Assembly (NCBI GenBank): GCA_949358305.1
Contig: OX442314.1
Location: 22,320,001-22,384,000 of the forward strand
Length of the DNA: 64,000 nucleotides
From: Strigamia acuminata
Taxonomy: Eukaryota
Direction: 5' to 3'
In this document: piece after piece, positions 12,877 through 36,954 of the stretch
How positions within the stretch are numbered: position 1 is the stretch's first letter
Layout of the letters: the number at the start of each line of letters is the position of its first letter
The notes under the pieces: generated by a model
Seen by the model: only the letters and a program-made list of their open reading frames with translations
The model's database searches: none
Told to the model about the DNA's origin: nothing
Position numbers and translations under genes: made by a program

Positions 12877-13953
12877 ATTAAAAACTCAACAGGTGCCATA
12901 ATGTGCTAACCCAAAAAATAGGTTTAAGTTATTCACCTGCTGCAGTTCCTAAAGGTATTAAAAAAGAATGCAACCGTTTTCTAAAACAATGAAAGAATTG
13001 ATGAAATTAGAAAAAAGAAAAAAAATACAAATAAATAATAATACTCACAGCGCCCACAAAGCATGGAATTTATCTTGTCCAAATACCTGCCCCAACGGGT
13101 CGTTTGAGGCATTGATACTAAGGCAGTTTGATGGATCAAGTAACTGCTTCCTTTTAATATACTCACCAAGGAAAAATTTCAACTAAAAAACAAAAAATTT
13201 AATAATTTTTTAAAAATTTTTTCACAAATGGCCGATAGATAAATTAATATTTACTTCAGAAAAGGAGAAATACATTTTTCCTTGCGCACCGACTGTTTCG
13301 AAAAGTTTAAGTAGTTCTTGTTTAACGGTGTACTAAAAATTCAAATAAATGTGTTATTGAATATAGAATATACGCCATATTTATTTTCGTACCTGTTGTA
13401 CTGGTGTCCCTTCCGTGCTGCGATTTACAATCAAAATCATTTTAGTTGTTTGTTGTTGCTCGATGTGTAATTATAGTCTTGAGTATAGTTGTGGAACAGA
13501 ACAAAACACGGTCTTGGTTATCTTTTAGACACGTGTGGGCACGTTGGTTACTACCACGTGATGAATTTGAGCCAATCGCGAGGACGAATTCATCACAGAT
13601 TAATGTGTTTTTAATTAAACAACGTGGTAGAGCTAAAAGAACCGTTTAATGTCGGGGAGTGGCGTATGAGGGACCAAACAAAAGTTTTTTTGGTCTTGCT
13701 AATTATTATTTGAATTAGTAATATAACAAGTAAAACAAAAAAACTACGTTTTTGGAAAAAGGCTTTTATGCTGTATCCCTGTGAAATTTGAATCCAGACT
13801 AAAAATTTGGCAATTGACAAATCGATCTCTCGATGGCATTGTCATTACGGTGGCGACTCTGGACGATGGGAATAACGCGAGGAATAACGAGGATAATCCA
13901 AACAGTTATAGACTTGAATAATTGATGAAATAAATGTTTTTATGTATATATTT

Positions 13954-14131
13954 TTTCGGAGTGGTTAAACCAAGGAGGTGTTAAACCCAGAGAAATTCTC
14001 TGGAAATAACACACAGATATTTCCAGAGAATTTCTCTGGCGCTTGCCTTGTTTTTATTTGTGGTTTGAGTATTTGACGATAGATGGCGTTATGTTGCAAT
14101 TACCCACAATTCCTTTGTTATTAATCGCAAT
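13954..14131 (+). repeat. Copy 2 of the promoter-like direct repeat, containing a perfect 22-bp inverted repeat
   Basis: Matches 11160-11322. ccagagaaattctctggaaata (13987-14008) and tatttccagagaatttctctgg (14018-14039) are exact reverse complements. Confidence 0.9.
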
Positions 14132-15061
14132 GGCAATGGCGTTACGTTGTAGCTGTTGTCGGGTTTGTTTGTGTCCAGTTTGATTTAGTTCCTGGAGAGC
14201 AGGAAACATTAGGGGATGAACGAGTTGCGAAATATGTTTTGATTATGTGAGTAACGTGTGAATGGTGTGTATAATTGACGGTTGGGAGTAAAGCAATTAG
14301 AAAAAAATTATATTATTCAACTTCAACCTGTGGATTTGGGCCATGGACAAGAAAAAAACATTTCGGTAAGTTGGGATATTCAATGCCAAATGCTTATCAC
14401 TAATTTTTCAACCAACGATCAAATATTAAATTATAAACTTTGGCATTTTTCTCAAATTTTCTAAACACATTAACCTTTATTTTTTATTTTATTTTTTAGT
14501 CTTCGGGCTGTGTTTTTCTATGAATCATGTGCTGTGCCTTTTTATTAGGTCAGACTTAATTACAGCAAAAATTTTTTTCTCCAAAAAAACAAAAACAAAA
14601 AAATAAAAATCAAGTTAAAGAGACCAAGGTTAAGTATTTTTCAAGTATTTCAGCAGTTGTTGTGACTATAATATTTCCTATTTCATGTACTGAATAAGAA
14701 GAGGAGCTATAATGACTTTAAAAACAATTGATTTATGTGTGACTGTGCTGCATACACAAGTTGTATTCTTCTCAGACATATTTTCCTTGGGACAATAGAC
14801 TGACCAAGAATCAAATGGGAAGTTAGTAAGTTAGATGAACCGGAAATATTGGCGGATGTGTGGCTAACGGCACCTTTTTAGTCACTACATCTGCGGGACA
14901 GATGCATGAAATACTTGAACAAATACACAACCAAGTGCTAAACAAAAATTTTTTAAAAATTTTTAAATATTTTTTTTAATAATAATATTTGTTTAACAAT
15001 TTATCTCTATGGTATGTTTTAATTGTTCAACAGGTGACACAAATAGGTTAAGACTTGCAGG

Positions 15062-15378
15062 ATGTCGAAACGTCGAATACAGACGGTTGAGGAGCTGGTT
15101 AACCAGTTCAATCTTCCTGATCTGCTTTCACTATATCCGGCTGATTTACCACTGAAAAATTTTGCTCGTCTATCCGGAGATGATATAATGCACATCCAAG
15201 ATGGTGGACTTCGAGTGAAGGTTTTGTGGGCAGTACAATTGGCTAAGGAGTTGAGCGTTAATCCAGATGTAAGTTTATTTATTTATTTATTTTTTGAATT
15301 TAGTTTTTGTCATTTTTGTCCGTTTTTACCTGGATGTCGCGTGTAATAATGCAGGAAATTATCTTAAGCTTGAACTAG
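15062..15378 (+). CDS. Small SAM-domain-like orphan protein (~76 aa, exons 15062-15268 and 15355-15378)
   Basis: TVEELVNQFNLPDLLSLYPADLPLKNFARLSGDDIMHIQDGGLRVKVLWAVQL follows the SAM hydrophobic pattern. Acceptor at 15033, donor gat|gtaagt, AATAAA at ~15657. Confidence 0.5.
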
Positions 15379-16894
15379 CTCATTGTTTCGAGTGATTCAT
15401 TGACAGGAACAATGGAAGAATCACTAGGAAAAGGAACCTGACATTTACAGCCGGTTCTTTCAACTATTATCGATTCCATTATGATATTGTGAATGAGTTG
15501 GCTGTAAATATTGAACTTCTGGGAGTGCTGTCACGGGTAGAATCCCATTATAACGATATTATGAGGACTGAAGTCGTTATAACGAGATTCTACCTGAATT
15601 GTGAAACAAAGTTTCAGTTAAATAAAACATTCGTCTCGCTTAACTGGAAATTTATTTAATAAAAGCTTAGTTTTGGCGTTGGTGGTTTCTGGTTTCTGGC
15701 TCGGTATGCATTGCATGTTTGCGAGGCAATAGCAGAAACTAGAAAGGAAGTAGTCCAGTAAATTAGAAGCCATTGCTTTAATATACAATGCCATGCAGCA
15801 GCAATTTCACTGATGCGGAAACTCGGCTTAACGTATGTCAGATCGGGGCAGGATAAGCGAGAAATACCTTAATATGGTTAAAATTGAATAACGAGTTCTG
15901 CGTTCACGATTAAATCGGCTTACGACAAATGTAATATGTTGAAAAAATAATTGGAAATTTATGTGGCATTTGTATTGGGAAATAGCTGGGAGGTTTATTG
16001 CACTTTGAAGTTTGATTCTTGTCGGTGGGAGAAAAAATATTACAGCGCTCCCACTGAATTGTTAATTTTGGGAGAATATTTTTTTTTCGTTTTACAAAGT
16101 TGGATAATTTTTTTAATTGAAGATTACTCCGGGGCTTCGTTAGGTATAAATTGACCCGATTTTGATAACCATAGGGTTGTGTTTTTTAATTTTATTATTA
16201 TTTTAGTGAATTGATCCGATTTGATTATATGGAGTTTCCATTTTGGATAATGATTACTTTAAGATGAAGCATGTGACAGGATGAGGTCAAAATTAAACTA
16301 TGAAAGAATATTCAATTTGAATACAAAGTTGTTTCTCCTAGAATGCTGTTGGTCAGTGGATTGACATTTGGAATCGTTATTAAAATAATTAAAAGGAATT
16401 GAATTGAAAGCAGTTGCATTTTAAATTGGATCATTATATCGTTATATCATCTGGAACACAATCAAGAGTTTTCTATCGTTAAACTCAGCAAATGTTTAGA
16501 TTATGCGTGCTACTTTTCCAGCTGGTAATCAAAGAGGGAGTGTTCATTAAACTGACGCGACTAAAGCTTAATTTACGCTTAATTTATGCCACGTGTAGCG
16601 CATTTGCAACACGTAACAAAGCAAAAGCGCAACCAAGGTCAAGCTGGATGACAAGTTACAACAACTTAGATAAGAAAGCATACACAGATAAGGGAAAATA
16701 CGACTTTGTTTTGTCCTCTAATTTTGGCGATGAAAGCTAGTATCTTAATAAAAGGCGTGCTGCAAATTATGATTGTTTTTATCTTGCTCAGCACATTGTA
16801 GCGTGTAAGTTTGACCTTGTTAGGTGATGTAAACAACTCATTTAGTTATTGAATTAGTTTGCTGACATCAGTGGAGGATTACGCCTTCGTGTAC

Positions 16895-17267
16895 TAGGTT
16901 TTGACCGATACGCAAATTTTGAAATATTGCCGATACTGATTATAGGCAATTGAATATCGACCAATACGGATATCTGCGCCGATATTACCGGACCGACCAA
17001 CTGCCATCAAGTTTATTTTTATACTTTGTGTACATTAAATTGATAAATGAAATGTTTCACAAACATTTCAGATACAATTTATGCAAAAAAAATTTTGATT
17101 TGCATCTCTAATGTTACATTTATGTTTAAAAATGTTACAAAATTCAAAAAAATTGTTACATGGTCGATACATAAATGTTGGTATCGGCCAGGAAAACAAA
17201 TATCAGATCCGATATTGTAAAATTCTGATATATCGACTGGTTGCCGATACCCGTATCAGCCAGTCTA
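16895..17267. mobile_element. Degenerate hAT-like MITE
   Basis: tagg..tgaccgatac at the left, gtatcagccagtcta at the right, many subterminal ccgata/tatcgg motifs. No clean TSD. Confidence 0.5.
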
Positions 17268-17291
17268 ATATAAACGTAGGTAATAAAACTT

Positions 17292-17615
17292 GTTCGGTGT
17301 AAGGATATGAGTTTTGACTCACCGTTCTGATCACCCGTTTCCATAAGAACACAGAAGTTAAGCAGTGTTGGGCCTGGTCGATACTTGGATGGATTTCATG
17401 CTGGAAATTCTAGTTGATTCTCATCTTTGTCTGATTCAAGGTAATATTTCTACGGCAAGAATATCGGCAACTTGCCAGTGGTTTTCCCAGTTCTCCGTGC
17501 AAATGCAATGTCGGGTTCTTAATTAAGTCATCAATTACATGACCTAATACTCGGGACAGGCTTTAGCCTTTGGGATCATGACTGTATAAAGTTGAAGAAA
17601 ATAACTAAATAAAAA
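17292..17615 (+). mobile_element. 5S rRNA-derived SINE (SINE3-like) or 5S pseudogene with a tail
   Basis: cacccgtttccataagaacacagaagttaagcagtgttgggcctggtcgatacttggatgg...gctggaaattctagttg resembles the 5S internal control region (gaagttaagca...gggcctggttagtacttggatggg). It is followed by a ~200-nt unrelated body and an A-rich end. Confidence 0.7.
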
Positions 17616-18875
17616 AGTTAATTCTCTAAGTTTGTTTGTGGCTTAGAGGCAGTATAATTCTTTTATCCGCTAAAAGAATCTGTCACTTGTGTTTTTGTGG
17701 CCAGAACAGTGGAAAAATTCTGGTTTATGTTGGATTTTGCCTGCCAACTTCCTTTCAGAGGAAAGATGTGATTGCCAGAGTTCTATTTGATGGGATTCAA
17801 CCTTGAAGATCTAATCAAACACTTAAAAAACAATTTTAAAACGCTAACTCGGACTAAAAGCATTTTATGTCATTTTTGGCCACTAAAAGCAAAGAATCAA
17901 TAACTGATCATTCCCTTGAGCAGACAAGGTTTAAGCATTATGAAGCGATCTCTGGGAATTTGATCGCCTCTAAGAGCAAAGTTTTATAGACATCTGCAAA
18001 AAGTATGAGATAGAATGTCAGAAATCAGATAGAAGAAGTTGAATTTCGAGTGAATGTGAATGGAGATGGTTGCCATGAGAGTATTCACCTGACATGTGTA
18101 AGGAGCTCTTGGGAAGCCTGCACAAAGTTAAACACGTGTCTCACTCTCCACACCTCTGCTTGCAGGCAGCCAGACAGGCAGGAAGTAGTAGCTAAGTCCT
18201 GTCCCTCCGCAGATACAGTGAACTGCTCCATTCCTGGCCAAGTGGCAATACACAACAGTTTTACCTCTTCCAGATGTATTATTATTATTATTTGTGAGCT
18301 AATGAGGAATAGTTGGATTGTTCGTAGTGAGGGAGTTGTTAGAGGTTGAATAATTTCATGTGAGTTTAAAGTAGGATTCGAAATCGAATGTGAGTAGCGT
18401 TTTGCAATCATATTTATTTTTGTTTTATCAGGTGTTGAAACTTGATTTATTTATTTGCTTAAGTTGAAACTGAGTGAAGGTTAAATAATTGTTGTTTTTT
18501 TTTTTTGTTTTTATTATATAGCTGTGAGGTGTGTACAGATTTGATAAGATTTAGCAAAAAGTTAATGGAGGTTATGATTCGTTATACAGATTTATTTAAC
18601 TCGACTTGGTTGTTGAACAGTGTTGATAATTTAAGGGAAAGGGGGAAAAGAAGATTGTTTAAGGAACAAAAATGAGAACACTCTAATTTTAGATTGTTTG
18701 CTACAGTATTTAGTTTTTGAAACACACTGTATTTAATTGCTGAATTTAAGTCAGCCATTTTTGTAAGGAGTTTTACTGAGCCAGAAGGATATTTCCATGT
18801 GGGAGTCTGAAATGACCCGTCACATCACAGTTGTGCATCGTAAGTTCTTAGCAAACGCTGATGCAACTTCTAAAG

Positions 18876-19480
18876 CAGCGCTTCTCAAACTATGTAATGT
18901 AGCAGATTGGTACTTTTTGTCCCAATGTTTTTCGGACCGGCTTCATATTTTGTCCCAATGTGTTACAAATCAGTAACCTTATATTGCTCTACTAAGCTTA
19001 TATAATACCGTATTTTACCGAATAAGAGTCGCCCTCGAATTGTAGCCGCCCTCGAATAAGAGCCGCGACTAAGAGAGGCGACTTGAAATAAGAGCCGCCC
19101 TCGAATAGTAGCCTCGGCTTATGTTACGTTCAATGAACGTAACATTGACTTTGGCCACTATTTGAAATAAAAGCCGCCCCCGAATTGGAGCCGCCCCCGC
19201 TTTGGAGCCGCGGCTCAAAGTGCCCGTTTTGAATAAGAGCCGCGGCTCTTATTTGGTAAAATACGATATTTGTATTTCAATTTAACGGTACAGTGGCGGA
19301 TCAGCAGTACCATCTTAACCATTGAGCTAAAAAGGCTGAAGCCCAGGGATGTTGAGTGCCGGGAGATCACCGTCCTCTGACTGAGAATCGCAAGGGGCAC
19401 CTGAAGTTTTTAAGTCCAGGGTGCTTAAATGTGTTAGGAGGGCCCTGCGGGTCCATGGACGACCACTTTGAGAAGCGCTG
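18876..19480. mobile_element. hAT/Charlie-like MITE carrying a nested Tc1/mariner-type MITE
   Basis: TIRs cagcgcttctcaaa...tttgagaagcgctg. A further cagcgtttctcaaac terminus occurs at ~19575. Confidence 0.7.
19008..19266. mobile_element. Tc1/mariner(pogo)-type MITE, family A copy 1
   Basis: TA|ccgtattttaccgaataagag...ctcttatttggtaaaatacga|TA with internal gaataagagccgc repeats. A closely similar copy is at 38281-38539. Confidence 0.9.
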
Positions 19481-19784
19481 CTCTCTACTATGTAGTAAAA
19501 TTGAGTTGGTGATACATTTCATTGAAAGAAAATTTGAGATTATGCGGCCTCGAGGTCTTAAAAGCGTTTTAAACCAGCGTTTCTCAAACTTTGGGTTAAG
19601 ACCCACCAGGGGTTGTGAGTCAATTTTTGGTGGGTCACATTAAGTAATTGAATTTTTTTTTTTTTTTGAGATATAAAGATTAAGTGTCTTAATAAATTGT
19701 GAAAGTGAAACCAAAGCAGGGTGCAATAACAATTTGTTTCCATCTAACTTGTATAGGAGGTTATAAGATGACTTTTTCTTGCTA

Positions 19785-20134
19785 CCGTCTTCGCTCGAAA
19801 ATAAGACCATGGTGTTGTATTCGAATATACACCACCCTGGTGTTGTATTGGAATACATCACCAAGGTGTTATATTCAGCCAATATCATGTAAGTTTGTCG
19901 AAAAAGTAAAATTGTTATTTACTCTATTAATTTGTATTCGTTATGCTGATAAAAAAACAAAAAGATATATAAATTAACAAAAACAACGATATACTGTACA
20001 TTTTAAATATTTTCATAAAAATCTGAATATAACACCATAGTGTTGTATTCGAATTTTTGCTCAATGTTTGCAAAATTGTCATTGCTAGCAAAACTCGAAT
20101 ACAACACCATGGTGTTATTTTTGGGTGAAGATGG
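19785..20134. mobile_element. Tc1/mariner-type MITE, family B
   Basis: TA|ccgtcttcgctcgaaaataagaccatggtgttgtattcga...tcgaatacaacaccatggtgttatttttgggtgaagatgg|TA. Confidence 0.8.
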
Positions 20135-20630
20135 TAGTCAATAAGTACTGTTTTTCTTCGATTCTAAGGCGCATCTCTCATTTTGGAGATATTTCTTCGG
20201 TCTTAGGATCGAAGAAATACAGCATCGCTGAAAAAAAGTGTGTCGTAATGTTAATAATTTTGAGACAAAAGTCTAGCTCGCGTATCCCTAAATCTGTCAG
20301 GAACGTATGAAAGTCGGTGTAAAATAAGCAGCAAAGGGATAAGATAAGATGTGTCGTGTTTTCGATGTTAACTTTGATGCAGGAAGTGGGAGTTTTGATT
20401 CAAAGAAGTTTTTCAAGTGGAAGATGAAAGGAGAAATGTTTTTCAATGGTCGCTTAGCAACGGGAGTCTGTGGGCCAAGGTTGCGTTGAATTCATACGAT
20501 GGTTATTTACTTGGTTTATCGTCAGAGGTCGGTTGCGTTAATTCGAGTATAAAAGAAAGTATCTTCTCGTTTTGGGAGCTAATCATTATCGGTAAAAAAG
20601 ATAATAATGTTTGCATCAAAACATTAAGCT

Positions 20631-33153
<12,523 letters not shown>

Positions 33154-34994
33154 GTTTGTTGGATTTACTTGTTTCGATTGACGATGATTATGATACGCGA
33201 TCATTTTGTAATATTTATTATCATTCAAACCTACGATTTTATTTTATTTTATTTTATTTTATATTTCTTTTCTTTTCTTTTTCTGTTCTTTTATTCTATT
33301 CTATTTTTGTTTTTGTTTGCGATTTTTTTTGATTTTTTCTGTAATATTTTTGTGGTGCGTATGAATTGCACGTTTGAATGTGCACGTGATGGACCGATTG
33401 TGAAGGAATTCAATTTTCCTTTGCCATATGATTTTACCGGAAGTTAAACGGTGAATTTGTCAATAAACTTTTGTAAATATTATTTAAATTGAATTTTATC
33501 GAGAGAAGAAAAATGTATTTTACTTATTATTCGCTAAAGCTGTTGGATGAAATGAGTGGTGGTTTGTTTACAACTTTTAGCAGTCACAGTTTATTACAGA
33601 TAAAAGAAAAAAATCGGGTGCCTATTTAATAGTATAATTTCAAGACTTTTTGCCTGAACTCAACTAGGGTTGCCATATCTCACGATTTTGGCGAAAAATC
33701 CGGCGGACACATTTTTAAAATATTTTTCGTTGACTCAGAAATCAATTGCAAAGTATTTTGTACAGATTTTTACCAATTGTGGGCTTCAAAACAACAAATT
33801 ATGAATTTAATTTGGAAAACTTAAATTAAAAACATAAAAAAAAACAATAAAAATGGGGGAATGGGAAATTCATTAAGTGAAGTCTGGTAACCCTATTTAT
33901 TCATAAAATTCTATATTATCGGTCCATCACTAAATTTAAAAAATATATATATATAAAAATATATAACTTGATGGAATTTTTTTTTGATTACTTGCAGCTT
34001 TAGGTAATTTTTAAACATTCGTTGATGCCATGCTTTTGTGATTTACCGTACATTTTAAATTGCGGGTATTCGGTAAAGGTGGTGCGGCCCACTTCTTGGA
34101 GCGGAAACAATGAACTAATAGAGAAAGTGGTTGTTTATTTACTTCCAATGTTTTTTTTGTTTTTTTTATGAAATAATAATGAAGATATCAAGAAAAAAAA
34201 AGTTTATATCAGAATCAGGATCTCGTAATCGTGGTGCATGTTTGGCGTTGATGTTTGTCTTTTGTCAATAAGTGATGAGGCAGCTGTTTTTCAATTAATT
34301 GTAGTGTGTTGTATACGATGTCGGGATCAACTTCATACATCATTTCTTTCTTTTCTTCTCACCGAGACAGTTAGGTTTTGATTTTGTGCGTGTTTATATT
34401 GAACTCTAGTTGATTAATGAAGTGTATCGTTTATTTCCCTCGCCAGTTGTTATGTTGTTTGAACTGATAGTGCTTGTTTAAGAATATGTTGTAGCGTTGT
34501 TCCTTGAAAAGGCAATGTTATTCATTATTGTGCCACTGTCCGTTTCTCTTGTTTCTGTACATTTTTGTTAGTTTAGTCGAGTGTGGTATTTGTAGATTTG
34601 ATTGATTGACAAATGAAGTGAAATGGAGCTTTTTTTAAAAATTTAATTTGTGTTTGTAGTTGGCATAAAAATACTGCACCAACGAATTTAACATAATATT
34701 TTTTAGTATTATTTCGTTTGACACAACACATTTTATTTGAGTACTTTTTTATTTTGGTTCGCAATATTCTGCTTGAAACAGAAAAGAAAACTTATGCGCC
34801 TGGCTCGGGGGGGGGGGGGATGATTTATAAATTATAATTGCTGAGATTTGCTGTGATGTTTTTGTTGGGCTCTCAGTCAGTTGTGCGGCTGAAAAGTGTA
34901 ATTGCAGTCTGTTAGTGGATCCAGCGAGATGCACACTCGTGAGAGCGTCGCGTCGACAAAAGGATGTTCTAATTGTATTCATCGATTTCCAAAC

Positions 34995-35793
34995 GGGGCG
35001 TGTCATCTAGCGCGAAAATATATTCCGCGAATCGATTTACCGCGAATAAGAAATACCGCGAATCGATTTACCGCGAATTCAAATTCAAATTTACTATTTT
35101 CTCTTGGCTTTCCTGCCCAGCTTCGACGGCGAATTGTTCAGTAATAATGAATGTCAAAAACCAAGTGTGTTTAATGATACAATAGGTACGATGTGATGCT
35201 GCAATGTTGGCGCAAAGATTCTCATGCGAGACCAACGTTTATTGATCTCGTTACTAAAATTGAATCGATTATCCATGCATTGAAAAGAATGGTCATCAAA
35301 AACGTGTAATTTTAACTGTTTTATATGTGAATCATCCATTACCAGTAGACATAAACAAAGGCCTTATTTGCAACAGGTTTTGTCTTGTTTTCGCAACTAA
35401 AATCCCTCGATTTATTCGCAAATCTTTGCAGCGCTTCGGCTTAGGAATTGCACGATTCAAAAGCACAATTAATTCCACCCAAACACAACATCAGGTACAC
35501 GTCCAACGTTGTAGTAATAGAAAATAGAAATCTTATAACGGCACTAAAATTTCCTTAAATAGTAAATGATAGTGTTACATAAACAGTCGAAGCTGGGCAG
35601 GAAAGCCAAAAGAAAATAGAGGAGTGGATTTTAGAAATTCGCGGTAATTCGCGGTAATTCGCGGTACTTCCTGTTCGCGCTAAATTGTTTCGCGCTAAAT
35701 CGATTAGCGGAAAATCGATGTTCGAGCGCGAATTATTTTTTTCGCGGTAAAGCGAGTTCGCGGTAAATTGAGTCGCGGTAGATGTGCGGCCCC
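34995..35793. mobile_element. Non-autonomous DNA transposon (Mutator- or Merlin-like) with 8-bp TSD
   Basis: TSD ttccaaac at 34987-34994 and 35794-35801. Termini ggggcg..catcta / tagatg..ggcccc. Subterminal accgcgaa arrays and an internal inverted pair ttggctttcctgcccagcttcgac / gtcgaagctgggcaggaaagccaa. Confidence 0.85.
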
Positions 35794-36954
35794 TTCCAAA
35801 CAGAAAGAAGTTTGGAATTTTATTATTATTTAATTTTATCACATCAAAAAGTATTTTTTGTTTTAACACTGGTGTTTAAAAAGACCCCGTTAAAAGCTGA
35901 GTTAAAAACAAAGCGTCTTCGAGCTACTTTGGCTTTAGTAATTATTACCATAATCAGGTACCGGTACTCGATATTTTTTTTAGTTTTCGTGTATTTAATT
36001 AAAATGTACAGAACGTTTTTTAAGTGAATACAGTATTCTTTTATTTCTCCACATAATTGTAATTAATCAAAAAGCATCATCCTTGGTTCATGATCCTAGA
36101 TTAAAAATGGCGGAGAGTTTTTCGTAACAGGACAGCCATATAAGCTTTACGTAAGAACATCGCAAGTTCATGGGAATAAAAGCCTAAGATACTGCCAGTG
36201 CTCTTGAAGTCATACGAGGACCAATACCATTCATTTTTTTGTCGTCAGGTATTTATTATTCGACAGCGTAAAAAAGGAAAACTCCAACAACATTACTCAA
36301 GAAAGATTACCGGTATTCGGAAACGAAAAATGTAACTACCCTACCGGTAATCAATTTTCATCGTTTTTCGTCAGAAGTTCTAGTTACGACGTTAAATGGC
36401 CGCACTGGACTGTTCATGCGCATTCATTAAATATTCATAGTGGGCAAATTAATGACGCGCAGAGAAAACATTTTCTTTGGTAATTTAAACCGCTTCATTG
36501 GTCATCAGTTGATGCGATCGACAAGGGGTTTTCAGGTGAGTTTTTGTGTTTTATAATTATAGTTTGGCTAACTTTGTTGTTTTCTTTCTTGCCGTCTTTG
36601 TTTAGTATATGCTTTTCCTCTCGCTGTAGCGTAGATTTAGTTTAGGATTAGCTCGTTTACTCTCTGATTCTTTTAGCTGTGTATTGCACCATTTATACCG
36701 ACCATTAGTTGATAATTTGTTTAATTTTATCTTTGTATTTTACTAGCCGTTTATCATTTCGTTAGGTACATACATGTTTAATTACGTGATGTATTTTGTT
36801 TTTCTAGGTTATTAAAACTGCTACAGAAGCCACAGGAGCAAATTGCCAGTAATTGTGGAAGACTGCAAGGATCATTTTGTATTTTAATTGTTACAATTGC
36901 AATTTTGAATAATAAATATATTTATATGCATTTTTATTGTCTCCATTAATTTAT

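Noticed and set aside
13558..13597. gtgatga C-box inside a small hairpin (gtgatgaattt...gaattcatcac)
   Set aside because: No D box (CTGA) at a suitable distance, so it is not supportable as a snoRNA.
15356..15658. In-frame TGA in a C-F-E-* (CxxU-like) context followed by ~88 open codons: possible selenoprotein
   Set aside because: The frame is incompatible with the phase-0 donor of the upstream exon, there is no thioredoxin-like sequence, and I recognised no SECIS.
18050..18349. DGCHESIHLTC, a PHD-like fragment
   Set aside because: Incomplete ligand set and no splice context; at most a decayed transposon relic.
19008..19266. Regularly spaced gaataagagccgc repeats resembling a CRISPR array
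   Set aside because: Subterminal repeats of a TA-flanked MITE with no unique spacers, in a eukaryotic context with no cas genes.
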